This document shows, in pieces, positions 34,679 through 45,320 of a stretch of 64,000 bases of DNA. Position 1 is the first letter of the stretch. Every line of letters starts with the position of its first letter. The stretch covers positions 9,093-73,092 of the forward strand of contig JAMXLJ010000047.1 in NCBI GenBank assembly GCA_024281095.1. Direction: 5' to 3'. Both the position numbers and the translations under genes were made by a program. This DNA is from Acidimicrobiia bacterium (GTDB lineage Bacteria > Actinomycetota > Acidimicrobiia > IMCC26256 > JAMXLJ01). The notes under the pieces were generated by a model, which was not told the DNA's origin, searched no databases, and saw nothing but the letters and a program-made list of their open reading frames with translations.

Positions 34679-35206
34679 TCAGGCGCCGGGCTTGAACACC
34701 ATCAGATAGACGATCACGACGAGCAGGACGTCGAGGAAGAGCCCGGCCATGGCCATGCGCTTGCCGATGGCTTCCATCTCCGTCACCTGCGGGGGTGCAC
34801 CGACCGCACCGACGGCAGGCGGGCCGCCGTCGGCGAGCTCGTGCATGAGGACGTTCATGCGCTTGTGACCCGGCCGCAGCACCATGTGCGACACGGTGAT
34901 CCCGACGACGTAGAGCAGTAGCGACACGCTGACCCAACCCTGGGAGAACTTCCACGCCTTGTCGCTGAGGACGACGAGGAGAATGCCGAGAATCGGCACG
35001 GCGTAGATCAGGTACTCGGCGACGCTGGAGACCGCGTAGTTCGCCTCGGAGATCGCGAGGCCCTCGCGTCCCTTGTACGCGCGGACCTGCGCGGCGTAGA
35101 GGCCGTTGAGGAACACGGCACCGAACCCCACGATGGCGCACATGATGTGGAGCACGAGCACCAACTTGTAGGGCCCGCTGTTGAGACCGGCCGCGAACAG
35201 GGACAT
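34679..35206 (-). CDS. DUF2269-like integral membrane protein
   Basis: ATG at 35206 preceded by AAGGAGAG; 4 TM. Confidence 0.65.
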   Translation of the reverse strand: MSLFAAGLNSGPYKLVLVLHIMCAIVGFGAVFLNGLYAAQVRAYKGREGLAISEANYAVSSVAEYLIYAVPILGILLVVLSDKAWKFSQGWVSVSLLLYVVGITVSHMVLRPGHKRMNVLMHELADGGPPAVGAVGAPPQVTEMEAIGKRMAMAGLFLDVLLVVIVYLMVFKPGA

Positions 35207-35324
35207 GCGGTTCTCTCCTTGCAACGCGGATCGTCGTCGGGGCCGGAAGCCTGCCACGCGCGCACACGCGCATCGCGGACCGCGGACCGCCGACCGCGCC
35301 TGCGCGCCCCCGTCGGCGGGGCGA

Positions 35325-35645
35325 CTACAGCGTGGCGCGCTCGCTCGGCGTGGCGTCGTCGAGTGTGCCGGTGGAGCACACGCCGTGATCGACGAGCAGG
35401 TGCTCGAGCGCCGCGGCCCAGCTCTCGTAGTACGGCCGGGTCGGCACCGCGCTGATCGCGGCGATCAGGCGGGTGCGGAACTCCTCCCACGGCAGGCCGA
35501 GCCGGTCGACGACCTCCACCGCGATCGCGAACGCGCGACCCTCCCACGGCGCCGCGAACACGAGCGTGCCGTTGTCGCGAGGCGGCGCGGCCACACCGAC
35601 CATGGTGCCGGCCTCGGACTGCGCGTCAGACTGCGCTTCGGTCAC
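35325..35645 (-). CDS. nitrile hydratase accessory (activator) protein
   Basis: GTG start overlapping the nthA stop (GTGA). ...[19 protein letters not shown]...[14 protein letters not shown], typical of NHase beta-homologue activators. Confidence 0.75.
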   Translation of the reverse strand: MTEAQSDAQSEAGTMVGVAAPPRDNGTLVFAAPWEGRAFAIAVEVVDRLGLPWEEFRTRLIAAISAVPTRPYYESWAAALEHLLVDHGVCSTGTLDDATPSERATL

Positions 35646-36244
35646 AGCCGCTCGACCCCGATCATCGAATCGCGCGTCACGAGCGAGGCGAGCTCGTCGG
35701 CTGAATAGCCGTCGGAACCAGCCGGCCGCTCCGGAAGCACGAGGTACCGAACCTCGGCGCTCGAGTCCCACACCCGGATCTCGACTCCGTCGGGAAGGTC
35801 CGTGCCCATCTCCGCAAGCAACGCGCGCGGCTCGCGCACCGCGCGGGCCCGGTACGCCGGCGCCTTGTACCACCTGGGCGGCAGCCCCAGGACAGGCCAC
35901 GGGTAGCACGAGCACAACGTGCAGACGACGAGGTTGTGCACTCGCGGCGTGTTCTCCACCACGACCATGTGCTCACCCTCCGGACCACCGAACCCGAGCT
36001 CGGCGATGGCGACGGTCGCGTCGGCCAGAAGCCGACGCTTGTAGTCGGGATCGACCCACGCGCGGGCGATCACCTTGGCGCCGTTCATCGGGCCGAGATC
36101 GTTCTCGAAGTGCGCGACCACGTCGTCGAGTACGGCCGCGTCGAGGAGGCCTCGTTCGGTCAGGACGCGCTCGATCGCGGCGACCCGCGCTTCGACGGGT
36201 GCGAGCGGTGCCTCGTGATGGGCGTCGTGATCGTGGACCGTCAC
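35642..36244 (-). CDS. nthA: nitrile hydratase alpha subunit, cobalt type
   Basis: [14 protein letters not shown] metal-binding motif (Thr marks the Co type). GTG start overlapping the nthB stop. Confidence 0.92.
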   Translation of the reverse strand: MTVHDHDAHHEAPLAPVEARVAAIERVLTERGLLDAAVLDDVVAHFENDLGPMNGAKVIARAWVDPDYKRRLLADATVAIAELGFGGPEGEHMVVVENTPRVHNLVVCTLCSCYPWPVLGLPPRWYKAPAYRARAVREPRALLAEMGTDLPDGVEIRVWDSSAEVRYLVLPERPAGSDGYSADELASLVTRDSMIGVERL

Positions 36245-36870
36245 GCGTCGTCCTCGAGGTAGTGCTCCCACAGGTCCACGTGCACGACCGCGCCGGGTTC
36301 GCCCCCGTCGCCCCACAGCTGCGCGGCGTCGAAGCGCACGGAATACGTCGGGTCGAGCCGGCGGTGGTCGCTGTGCGCCTCGACGTCGGGTATCGAGAAT
36401 GCACCGTCGCAGCGCACGACAACTCCGCGCTTGCCCTGTACGTAGCGCGGCGCGCGCGTGTGTCCCGGCGGGTGCCACTCCCGGACCCGGACACGGTCGC
36501 CGATCGCGAACTTCGCCTCCGTGCGGTCGTGTTCGACCGTCGGCGCGCTCCCGCGGTCGGGTCGTGACCGCGGGAAGACACCACCGGCGCACTCGTCGAG
36601 CTCCTCGGCGGTGGCCACTCCGAGCTCCACGAGCAGCGTGGCGATACCGGTGAGCCAGTGCTCGTAGTAGCTCGCTGTCAGGTAGTGCGCCGGATCCATG
36701 CGTTCGATGCTGTGCCGGAAGCGTCCCCCGTTGTACAGCTGCGCCATCACCGCGGCGACCGCGACCCGGAGGACTCGTCGCTCCCAATCATCGTGGAACA
36801 CCGGTTCGCCGGCCTCGATCTCGACCGGCCCGAAGCCGGCGATGCCTCCGAGGTCGTGGATTCCGTCCAT
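36241..36870 (-). CDS. nthB: nitrile hydratase beta subunit
   Basis: [16 protein letters not shown] start, [15 protein letters not shown]. Confidence 0.9.
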   Translation of the reverse strand: MDGIHDLGGIAGFGPVEIEAGEPVFHDDWERRVLRVAVAAVMAQLYNGGRFRHSIERMDPAHYLTASYYEHWLTGIATLLVELGVATAEELDECAGGVFPRSRPDRGSAPTVEHDRTEAKFAIGDRVRVREWHPPGHTRAPRYVQGKRGVVVRCDGAFSIPDVEAHSDHRRLDPTYSVRFDAAQLWGDGGEPGAVVHVDLWEHYLEDDA

Positions 36871-37093
36871 CCGCGCGCCAGCCTGGCACGTGTGCCGCCG
36901 GTACTGCATCGGTGGCCTCGCTCCCCCGTCCCGTGTTCCGCCGGCTGATGAGCCCGCCGTCGACCATCCTGCTACGGCACGGATCCGGACGACCGCGGAC
37001 CGGGTTCGGCGCCGGGAGCGATGACCGCCCCTGTTGGATGGAGGTGACGGATACGGGTAGAAACGGTGGCGTCACTCGGGCAGGAGGACGCTC

Positions 37094-38446
37094 ATGGCCT
37101 GGCTTCGCAGTCGGCGAGCCGCGCTCTTTGCCATCTTCGGCATCGCAGGCGCGATGTCGGCGTGCCTTCCGCTGGTGACACGCGCGCCGTACTTCACCGA
37201 CGCGACCACGACGTCGGAACGCCTCAACTTCGCGACGAAGACCCAGAGCCCGGCACCCGTCGTCACTTACGGACAGTCCCCCGGATGTAGTGGTGCCAGC
37301 GCGAACGCGACGTTGGTGGCGCCCATCACCGTGGGCACCACGACCGAGTACCAATGGAACGCGGTACTCAGCCCCCTTGTTGCGAGCACGACGTACTGCT
37401 ACTCGGTGACACAGGGCGGCAGCGACCAGCTCAACGGCGCTATGCCGACGTTCACGACACCGCCTCTGGCAGGTACGTCGTCGTATTCCTTCGCGGTGCT
37501 GGGCGATTGGGGTGCCGGCACGACCGATGAGACGAGCGTGCTGAACCAGATCCGCTCGAGCCCTGCGCAGTTCGTCGTCACCGTCGGTGACAACGTGTAT
37601 AACTCCGGAACCCAGTCCGAGTACGGTGACACGAGCCAAGGCAACGTGTACACGTCGGCCAATTGGCCCATCGGGCAGTCGATCCCGTTCTTCGCCGCGC
37701 ACGGCAACCACGGATTCACGCAGAATCTCCCGTATCTGCAGAACTTCCCGCAGGGGACGGTCGTTGCCGCATCGGGCGGCCGGCTCCAGCAGGACACGTA
37801 CTGTTGCATCAGCACGCTGGGAACGCAGACTCCGAAGTACGCGAGCGCCTGGTTCGCGTTCGATTGGGGCAACGCGCGTTTCTACGTGCTCGAGGCCGCG
37901 TGGGCCGACAGTCTCGGCGCCTACCAGGGCGACTTCCAGGCCCATTGGAACGGACCGGTCACGGGCTGCGCGGTGTGCGGCACGGAGCTGCAGTGGCTCG
38001 AAAACGATCTCGCCGCGCACTCCGGCACGTCACTCAAGTTCGCGTTCTTCCACTACCCGCTGTATTCCGACGACAAGAACCAGGGCTCAGACACGTATCT
38101 CCAGGGCACGAGCGGCCTCGAGGGCGTGCTGGCCAATGCGGGCGTGAAGATCGCCTTCAACGGCCACGCGCACATCTACGAGCGCAACAAGCCGCAGATC
38201 GCCGGCAAGCCGATGGTGAGCTACATCACCGGGACAGGCGGCGCGTCACTCGGCACCGTGGGGAGTTGCAGCGCGTTCGACGCGTACGCGATCGGAGGCG
38301 GCGGCACGCCGTGCAACGCACCCGCGCCGACGAACAGCTCACAGGTGTTCGGGTTCCTCCTCGTGACGGTGAACGGCACGAAGGTGACCGTCACGCCCAC
38401 CGACGAGAACGGCCATGCCTTCGACGTGCAGAACTACAACTTCTGA
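37094..38446 (+). CDS. secreted purple-acid-phosphatase-like metallophosphoesterase
   Basis: Signal peptide, FAVLGDWG, VTVGDNVY, AAHGNHG, FNGHAHIYER. Confidence 0.85.
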   Translation: MAWLRSRRAALFAIFGIAGAMSACLPLVTRAPYFTDATTTSERLNFATKTQSPAPVVTYGQSPGCSGASANATLVAPITVGTTTEYQWNAVLSPLVASTTYCYSVTQGGSDQLNGAMPTFTTPPLAGTSSYSFAVLGDWGAGTTDETSVLNQIRSSPAQFVVTVGDNVYNSGTQSEYGDTSQGNVYTSANWPIGQSIPFFAAHGNHGFTQNLPYLQNFPQGTVVAASGGRLQQDTYCCISTLGTQTPKYASAWFAFDWGNARFYVLEAAWADSLGAYQGDFQAHWNGPVTGCAVCGTELQWLENDLAAHSGTSLKFAFFHYPLYSDDKNQGSDTYLQGTSGLEGVLANAGVKIAFNGHAHIYERNKPQIAGKPMVSYITGTGGASLGTVGSCSAFDAYAIGGGGTPCNAPAPTNSSQVFGFLLVTVNGTKVTVTPTDENGHAFDVQNYNF

Positions 38447-38479
38447 CCGAGGATCGTCGCGGCGGGGAAGACTCCGCGC

Positions 38480-39343
38480 ATGGCTGACACAGACGCAATG
38501 CCCGCCGCGTTCCTCGGGCACGGCAACCCCATGAACGCGCTCGAGCACAACCGCTACACCGAAGCATGGCGGTCCTTCGGGGCATCGGTGCCGCGTCCGC
38601 GCGCGGTCGTCGTCGTCTCGGCGCACTGGTACATCAATGCGACCGCGGTGACGGCGATGCGCACGCCCCGAACCATCCATGACTTCTTCGGCTTCCCGCA
38701 GGAGTTGTTCGCGGTGACGTATCCCGCGCCCGGCGCACCTGAGGTCGCCGAAGAGGTGGCCGAAGTCGTCAAGCCGCACTGGGTCGGCCTGGACCATGAC
38801 AGCTGGGGCCTCGACCACGGGACCTGGTCGGTGCTGTGCCACGTCTTCCCCGCCGCGGACGTGCCCGTGGTGCAGCTCTCCATCAATGCGCTGCAGCCGC
38901 TCGAACACCATTTCGAGCTCGGCCGTCAGCTCGCGCCCCTCGTCGCGCGAGGCGTGCTCGTCGTGGGCAGCGGCAACATCGTGCACAACCTGCGCCGGAT
39001 CGACTGGGGCCGCCCCGATGCCGCGTACGACTGGGCCCGGCGTTTCGACGACGCCGCCCGCGACGCGATGGGCGACGACCCGGCCCGCGTGCTGACCCTC
39101 GCAGGGCACCCCGACTTCGCCGCCGCAGTACCGACGCCGGACCACTTCCTGCCACTGGTGTACATCGCCGGTCTCGCCGACGCTTCGGCCCGGCGCCCGC
39201 ACGCGCTCGTGGACGGATACGCGATGGGATCGCTGTCGATGACGTCATATGTGGTCGGTTCGGCCGGCTCGGCGGTGGTGACCGATCCCGACCCGGCGCC
39301 CGCGTTGCCCGACACCGTGCCACCCGACGAGACAAACCTCTGA
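38480..39343 (+). CDS. ygiD: 4,5-DOPA dioxygenase extradiol (YgiD family)
   Basis: [28 protein letters not shown]. Confidence 0.88.
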   Translation: MADTDAMPAAFLGHGNPMNALEHNRYTEAWRSFGASVPRPRAVVVVSAHWYINATAVTAMRTPRTIHDFFGFPQELFAVTYPAPGAPEVAEEVAEVVKPHWVGLDHDSWGLDHGTWSVLCHVFPAADVPVVQLSINALQPLEHHFELGRQLAPLVARGVLVVGSGNIVHNLRRIDWGRPDAAYDWARRFDDAARDAMGDDPARVLTLAGHPDFAAAVPTPDHFLPLVYIAGLADASARRPHALVDGYAMGSLSMTSYVVGSAGSAVVTDPDPAPALPDTVPPDETNL

Positions 39344-39382
39344 CGCGCTCCGCGTCGGTTGGGACGAGCTGCCACGTGGGTG

Positions 39383-39997
39383 TCAGAGCCGGCGCGCCGA
39401 GCTGAACGCGAGCTGGTACTCCTCGAGGGTACGGATGGCCGTGTTCGTCGCGGCGACCGCGTCGGCGCGTATCGCGGCCTCCGCGGGCCGGCTCGCGAGG
39501 AGCGCGTCCTCGTCGATCCAAACCGTCTCGTTGACCGCCTCCCGGCTGCGGCGGTCGACCAACATGACCGCGCGGCAGAAGCCGTCGGTCGACATCAGCC
39601 ACGGCGTCGCGGTGTCTTCGTAGTTCGCGATCGCGTCGTCGATGTCGGTCGTCGCGAGGTCGCTGCGCGTCACGCGCACGCCCGACCCGGCATGGGGTCG
39701 CGCCGCCTGCACGAAACTCGCGAGCTCGTAACGCTCCATCGATGAGGTGCCCGAAGCGAGGCCGGCGGCCTTGCCTATGAGCGGCGCGATGGCCGCCTCG
39801 TTCTCCTTCGCCGCATCGGCGGATACCCAGTGCGAAGTGATGACCGCCGTCCCGAGCGCCGCATTGACGTCGAGCGACATGCCCAGGCTTCCGGGCCGCC
39901 CCTCGACCTGACCCCGCGCTTCGTCTTCGAGATAGCGCACGACGTCAGCGATCCGGTCCGGGTCGGCGGCCATGAAGCTCAACTGCACGTGCTGCAT
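39383..39997 (-). CDS. hypothetical protein, two ABM/ferredoxin-like repeats
   Basis: Internal repeat architecture only; no named motif. Confidence 0.5.
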   Translation of the reverse strand: MQHVQLSFMAADPDRIADVVRYLEDEARGQVEGRPGSLGMSLDVNAALGTAVITSHWVSADAAKENEAAIAPLIGKAAGLASGTSSMERYELASFVQAARPHAGSGVRVTRSDLATTDIDDAIANYEDTATPWLMSTDGFCRAVMLVDRRSREAVNETVWIDEDALLASRPAEAAIRADAVAATNTAIRTLEEYQLAFSSARRL

Positions 39998-40089
39998 CCC
40001 GACGCCTCCTCACGGCGCCCTCACCGGCGCTCTCTCGCACACTTCCCATCGCGGAGCCCCGTCTCACACTCCGCCCGCCCCGGGGCCGG

Positions 40090-41478
40090 TCAGCCCGCCG
40101 GCGTGGGGAAGAGCACGTTGGGATTCAGGACGCCGCCGGGGTCGAGGGCCCGCTTGATCGCCCGCATGGACGCGAGCTCCGCCTCGCTGCGGTTGAGGTG
40201 CAACCACCGGCGTTTGGCGGTCCCGATGCCGTGCTCGGCGCTGATACTGCCGCCCAGACTCGCCACATGCGTCAGCACCGCGTCGTCGACTCGCTCGTCG
40301 TCCGGCGCGACGCCGGTCACGTTCACGTGGAGATTGCCGTCACCTACGTGACCGAACAGCCAGGTGCGCGCCTCGGGCACGGCCGCCGCGACGATCCGGG
40401 GCACGTCCACCACGAACTCGCCGAGCACGACGAGGGGCACGGTGACATCGAGCTTGTGCGGTGGCCCGAGCGTGTTGATCGCGAGGGTGTGATCCTCGCG
40501 GTAGCGCCACAACGCCTCACGACGGGCAGCGTCACCGGCGACCGCGACGTCGCCGACGTCTGACGCGGACGCGACCGCGCCCGCGAGATCGTCGGTCGGG
40601 TCGTGCACCGCCGCGACCTCGACGAGGACGTACACGGGCCAGGCGCGGTCGAACGGCGGCGCGAGGCCGAACGAGTCGCACACGAGACGCAAGCCGCCGT
40701 CGAGGAACAGCTCGGCCGCTTCGAGACAGTCGAGCGCGGACCGCCACGTCGCAACCGCTTCGACGGCATGGGCGACGTTGTGGAACCCCACGAGCGCGAC
40801 GACGCGCTCGTCATGGCGGGTCACGAGTTGCAGCCGCGCCGCTGTGACGACACCGAGCGTGCCCTCACTTCCGCACAGCACCGACGGCAGGTGGTATCCG
40901 GTGTTGTCCTTCACCAGGCCCTGCAGGTGCTCGATGCGCGCGCCGGTGCCGAGCACCGCCGCGATCCCGATCACCTGCTCGCGAGTCCCGCCGTACCGGA
41001 TCACGTTGAGACCACCCGCGTTCGTGCCGACCGTTCCGCCAACCGTCGCGGTGTCGCGGGCCGCGAGGTCGACGGCGTACCGCAGACCCGCTCCCTGCGC
41101 CGCGCGGTGCACGGCCGCGATGGTCGCGCCCGCGCCGGCGGTCACTTGGCGGGCGGACCGGTCGACCGGACCCACCTCGTCGATCCGGCGCAGGCTGAGG
41201 ACGACCTCGCCCGCCAGCGGCACGCTGCCGCCGACCAGACCGGTGTTGCCGCCCTGGGGGACGATCGCGAGGCCGTGGCGACGGCACACGTCCACGACGG
41301 CGGCGGTCTCGGCGGCATCGGCGGGACGGACCACCGCGGGGGTGTGCCCGTGAAACCGGCCCGTCCAGTCGATCTCGTAGGAGCTGCGCTCGTCGGCGTC
41401 GGTGATCAGGTGGTGCGGACCGACGACGTGGGTCAGTTCCCGCAACGCAGCCGTCATCGCAGTGCCGGCGCGGACCAT
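40090..41478 (-). CDS. FAD-linked oxidase (GlcD/D-lactate dehydrogenase family)
   Basis: IVPQGGNTGLVGGSVP FAD-binding PCMH motif and C-terminal GGSISAEHGIG. Confidence 0.88.
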   Translation of the reverse strand: MVRAGTAMTAALRELTHVVGPHHLITDADERSSYEIDWTGRFHGHTPAVVRPADAAETAAVVDVCRRHGLAIVPQGGNTGLVGGSVPLAGEVVLSLRRIDEVGPVDRSARQVTAGAGATIAAVHRAAQGAGLRYAVDLAARDTATVGGTVGTNAGGLNVIRYGGTREQVIGIAAVLGTGARIEHLQGLVKDNTGYHLPSVLCGSEGTLGVVTAARLQLVTRHDERVVALVGFHNVAHAVEAVATWRSALDCLEAAELFLDGGLRLVCDSFGLAPPFDRAWPVYVLVEVAAVHDPTDDLAGAVASASDVGDVAVAGDAARREALWRYREDHTLAINTLGPPHKLDVTVPLVVLGEFVVDVPRIVAAAVPEARTWLFGHVGDGNLHVNVTGVAPDDERVDDAVLTHVASLGGSISAEHGIGTAKRRWLHLNRSEAELASMRAIKRALDPGGVLNPNVLFPTPAG

Positions 41479-41521
41479 GGCGGTCAGTACACCACGCCGG
41501 AATCACCGGCCGATCGACGCG

Positions 41522-42430
41522 TCAGCGAAGGACGCGATCGGCCGCGCCGAGGCGGGGCCGGCGCGGCACCGGCCCGAACCGACCTTGGCGGTAGTCGTCG
41601 AACGCCTTGGTGATCTCGACGCGGTGATTCATCACGAACGGTCCCCCCATCGCGACGCGCTCGCCGATCGGGCGGCCACTGAAGAGCATCACCGTGCTGA
41701 CCTGGTCGAGGTGCGTCGCGGTCATCCCGAGCATGCCGGACGCGGCCGGGTCGTCGAGCGGCTCCGACCACGCGACCTGACCGGCCGAGAGGTCGTGCAA
41801 GCCGATGCGCACGGCACCGGTCATCACGTACACGAAGGCGCGGTCGTGCGCGGGGAGGTCGAGCGCGACCGATGCCCCCGGCTCAACCGTCACGACGACG
41901 CCGGTGACGGGCCAGTGGTTCTGGGCCGTCCCGCGCACGCCGTTCACCGATCCCGAGATGACGTCGATGCCGGCGCCCGGCACGTCGACGTGGGGCCGGT
42001 CGGCGGCCCGGAGATCCTGATACCGCGGCTCCACCATCTTCGCCCGGGCCGGCAGGTTGAGCCACAGCTGCAAGGTGTGGGCGTGTTCGTCGCCGTACGC
42101 GAGCTCGCGGTGGATGATGCCGCGGCCCGCCGTCATCCATTGCACATCGCCGGCTTCGAGCACTCCCGCGTGCCCACCGTTGTCCGCGTGCTCCAGCGCG
42201 CCGTCGATGACATACGTCACCGTCTCGAGCCCGCGGTGCGGATGCCAGTCGAAACCGGGAATGGAGAACCAGTCCTCGCTCAGGAGGAGGAACGGGTCGG
42301 TGCGGCGCGGATCGGTCGGAGCGATCACCACGGCCTTGTCGTCGACCTGCGCGTCGGGACCGACCAGGGTCTTGGCCTGGATGCGGTCGATCGTGCGCCC
42401 CCGGGGAACTGCGGTCTCGACGGTTGTCAC
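41522..42430 (-). CDS. pirin family protein
   Basis: GFDWHPHRGLETVTYVIDG...WMTAGRGIIHRE. Start uncertain; a GTG at 42430 was chosen and the track ORF extends to 42559. Confidence 0.85.
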   Translation of the reverse strand: MTTVETAVPRGRTIDRIQAKTLVGPDAQVDDKAVVIAPTDPRRTDPFLLLSEDWFSIPGFDWHPHRGLETVTYVIDGALEHADNGGHAGVLEAGDVQWMTAGRGIIHRELAYGDEHAHTLQLWLNLPARAKMVEPRYQDLRAADRPHVDVPGAGIDVISGSVNGVRGTAQNHWPVTGVVVTVEPGASVALDLPAHDRAFVYVMTGAVRIGLHDLSAGQVAWSEPLDDPAASGMLGMTATHLDQVSTVMLFSGRPIGERVAMGGPFVMNHRVEITKAFDDYRQGRFGPVPRRPRLGAADRVLR

Positions 42431-42612
42431 GGCCTCACGCTCACGAGTTGCAGCCAGATGCAGCCGGCGCAGGTTCCGGTGTGTGAAAACGTTGTACCGC
42501 CCGACGCGCTCCCGGGTCGACTCGAGACGCGTCAACGTTCGGTAAGGAATCGGTGACACCGCGACTGCGAGCGCGGGCTACCGTCCGGCGGTGATTCGGC
42601 CCGGGATGTCCG

Positions 42613-43836
42613 GTGACTGACGTCTGGCACGAGCCGGCGCGCGATCTGCCGGTGATCGGCCGCCCCGATGTGCTGGTCGTCGGGGCCGGCAGCGCCGGGA
42701 TCGCAGCGGCCATCGCCGCGGGGCGCCGCGGAGCGGACGTCATGCTCGTCGAGCGCTACGGGTTCGTGGGCGGCCTCGCCACGTTCGGGCTCATCAACCT
42801 CCTGCTGACACTCGACGACGGATGCGGGGCTCAAGTGGTCGCGGGGCTGTGCCAGGAGTTCGTGGACCGTCTCGACGCCCGTGGCGACGCACGCTTTCCT
42901 TCGCTCGACGAGTGGGGCTCGCTCGACCCGGCCGCCGTCGAGCACTGGCGGAGGTGGGGCCTGATCTGGGGCGCTCCGCCAGACGTCGTGCGGTACTCGG
43001 TGGCGTTCGATCCGGAGTCGTTCTGCGACGTCACCTTCGACCTCGTGCGCGACGCCGGTGTGCGCCTGCGGATGCATTCGTGGTGCGCTCACGCATACGT
43101 ACGCGACAACCGCATCGACGCCGTAGTGCTCGAGTCGAAGAAGGGCCGCGAGGTGGTGCAGCCGACGATCGTGATCGACGCGACGGGTGACGGCGACGTG
43201 ATCGTCGCGGCGGGCGCACCGGCTGACGCGGTCAGCATCCCACCCTGGCTCTGGTTCCGGATGGGCGGGATCGACGAGCCGCCGCCCGGAACGTTCCGCA
43301 CGACCGCGCCGGGACGCGTGCTCGTCCCCTTCGGCCCCCTGGACCGCCGCGTGGACGCAACCGACCCGGACGACCTCACCGCGGCCGAGCTCGAATGTCG
43401 CGACCGCGCACGGATCGAGGTCGCGCGGCTGCGGGAGTCGAACCACGGGGCGTGGCTCGACGACGTCGCGAAGTTGATCGGCATCACCGAGAGCCGCCGC
43501 CTGGTCGGTGACTACGTGCTCGAGAAATCAGACGGCGACCGCCGTTTCGACGATGCGATCGCGCGCACGGGCCACTGGACGAAACGCGAGGTGGTCTACG
43601 ACATCCCGTACCGGTGCCTCACGACGTCGACGGTGAGCAACCTTCTGGCAAGCGGTCGGTGCATCTCGACGAGCCGGTACGTGCACCAGGCGACGAAGGA
43701 GATACCGGCCGCGATGGCCACCGGTGAAGCCGCCGGCGCGGCGGCGACCCACGCCCTCGACGCCGGCGGCAACGCACGCGCGGTCGACGTCGAGCGCGTC
43801 CGTCGTGACCTTTCCGCCGCGGGCGCCATCGTTTGA
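42613..43836 (+). CDS. FAD-dependent oxidoreductase (PF12831-like)
   Basis: DVLVVGAGSAGIAAAIAAGRRGADVMLVE dinucleotide fold. Confidence 0.8.
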   Translation: MTDVWHEPARDLPVIGRPDVLVVGAGSAGIAAAIAAGRRGADVMLVERYGFVGGLATFGLINLLLTLDDGCGAQVVAGLCQEFVDRLDARGDARFPSLDEWGSLDPAAVEHWRRWGLIWGAPPDVVRYSVAFDPESFCDVTFDLVRDAGVRLRMHSWCAHAYVRDNRIDAVVLESKKGREVVQPTIVIDATGDGDVIVAAGAPADAVSIPPWLWFRMGGIDEPPPGTFRTTAPGRVLVPFGPLDRRVDATDPDDLTAAELECRDRARIEVARLRESNHGAWLDDVAKLIGITESRRLVGDYVLEKSDGDRRFDDAIARTGHWTKREVVYDIPYRCLTTSTVSNLLASGRCISTSRYVHQATKEIPAAMATGEAAGAAATHALDAGGNARAVDVERVRRDLSAAGAIV

Positions 43837-43844
43837 CGTGAGTG

Positions 43845-44786
43845 CTATCCGAACCGGGACGTGAGGAGCGTGCCCGCGCGCTTGATGGTGTCGGGGTCGG
43901 CGAGGGGAAGATTGAAGATGAGCTCGTCCACCCCCGCGTCGATCAGCTCTGCGACCTGATCGACGATCTCGTCCTCACGCCCGACGTTGTAGCCCGCGGC
44001 GGCTTCGGCGCCTGCAGCCCGCACGATGAGGTCGCGTATCTGGGCCGTCTCCTCGTCGGACCCGGTGACGAAGAGGCTCGCCAGCCGCGTCACCGTGATC
44101 TCCTCGGGGTCGCGCCCGACGTCGCGGCAGTGCGAGCGCAACACCTCGATGCGGCGCCGGATCGTCGGGGCGTCGCCCGAGATGTTGCACAGGTCCGCGT
44201 ACTGCGCGACGAGCTTCAGCGTGCGCCGTTCACCGCTGCCGCCGATCATGATGCGTGGGCCGTTCTGCTGCAACGGTCGCGGCACGTTGCGCGCATCGTG
44301 CACGCGGGAGTAGCGGCCGTCGAACGTCGCCGCCGGCTCGGTGAACATGGCCCGGCAGATCTGCACCGCCTCCTCGAGGCGGTCCATGCGTTCCTTCACC
44401 GCCGGGAACTCGAACCCGAGGGCCTCGTGCTCGATGTCGTGCCATGCCGCTCCGATGCCGAGGATGGCGCGCCCGCCACTGATGACGTCGAGCGTCGTGA
44501 CGGTCTTCGCGAGGAGCGCGGGGTTGCGGTAGGTCACGCCGGTGACGAGCGTGCCGAGCTGCACACGTGAGGTCTGGGTCGCGAGCGCACCGAGCAGGGT
44601 GTACGCCTCGAGCATCGGTTGGTCGGCGCCACCGAGCGCGGGCAGTTGGTAGAAGTGGTCCATCACCCAGAGCGACGAGAACCCCGACTCCTCGCCGGCT
44701 CGCGCCAGCTCGACCACGCGTGAGAAGAGCTCGGAGTCGGGAACGCCGAGGGTGAAGTTCGGAAGCTGCAGGCCGAAACGCGTCAC
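43845..44786 (-). CDS. LLM-class F420-dependent oxidoreductase
   Basis: GTG start (VTRFGLQLPNF); SLWVMDHFYQLP; luciferase-like TIM barrel pattern. Confidence 0.85.
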   Translation of the reverse strand: MTRFGLQLPNFTLGVPDSELFSRVVELARAGEESGFSSLWVMDHFYQLPALGGADQPMLEAYTLLGALATQTSRVQLGTLVTGVTYRNPALLAKTVTTLDVISGGRAILGIGAAWHDIEHEALGFEFPAVKERMDRLEEAVQICRAMFTEPAATFDGRYSRVHDARNVPRPLQQNGPRIMIGGSGERRTLKLVAQYADLCNISGDAPTIRRRIEVLRSHCRDVGRDPEEITVTRLASLFVTGSDEETAQIRDLIVRAAGAEAAAGYNVGREDEIVDQVAELIDAGVDELIFNLPLADPDTIKRAGTLLTSRFG

Positions 44787-44861
44787 GTCGGGTCCTCCAG
44801 GTCGTTGCCGTCGCTCGTTTCGTGCTCTTGGCGCCGTGGGCTGAATCGCGTCGCCTTTCAC

Positions 44862-45287
44862 CTAGCCGGCGCCCCATTCGCGCTCGGCCCACGGCTCGCT
44901 GCCCGACTCGGCGAGCTCGGCCCGCAACTCGGGCAGGAGCGCGTCGCGCAGCTCCCGCCACGCCTCGTGCATCTCGTCGAGCGACGCGAACGGGAACGGC
45001 GGCATCACGCCGTGCTGAGCCGGGAGCGGAGGCCCCGCCTTGAAGAGCAAGCGCGCCATCGGGTCGGTGACCCATTTGTTCGAACCGGTTTGGACGTTGC
45101 GCTTCCGCAGCTGTGCCATCGGGCCCACGGTAACGCTCCACTGGGCCGGCGCCGGTCGCGCCCGCCAGTTGGGTGACGTTGCCGCCCCGGAGCAGGGAAC
45201 CGCGACCCGGCAGCGCGGGTCGCCGAGGGTGTCGATGACGGACCGCTTGACGGTACCCGGGCGAACGACGACCTTGTCCTTGATCAA
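44862..45287 (-). CDS. hypothetical protein
   Basis: Uninterrupted frame with high GC3; no recognisable domain; start uncertain. Confidence 0.4.
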   Translation of the reverse strand: MIKDKVVVRPGTVKRSVIDTLGDPRCRVAVPCSGAATSPNWRARPAPAQWSVTVGPMAQLRKRNVQTGSNKWVTDPMARLLFKAGPPLPAQHGVMPPFPFASLDEMHEAWRELRDALLPELRAELAESGSEPWAEREWGAG

Positions 45288-45320
45288 TCTTGCGCCGAGC
45301 GCAGCTCATCTGGAGATGAC

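Noticed and set aside
36871-37093. The 223-nt divergent intergenic region between nthB and the phosphatase gene, as a possible riboswitch or small RNA locus.
   Set aside because: I could not recognise any known riboswitch core (B12, SAM, TPP and others) or a convincing conserved-looking structure by eye. It is most simply two divergent promoters.
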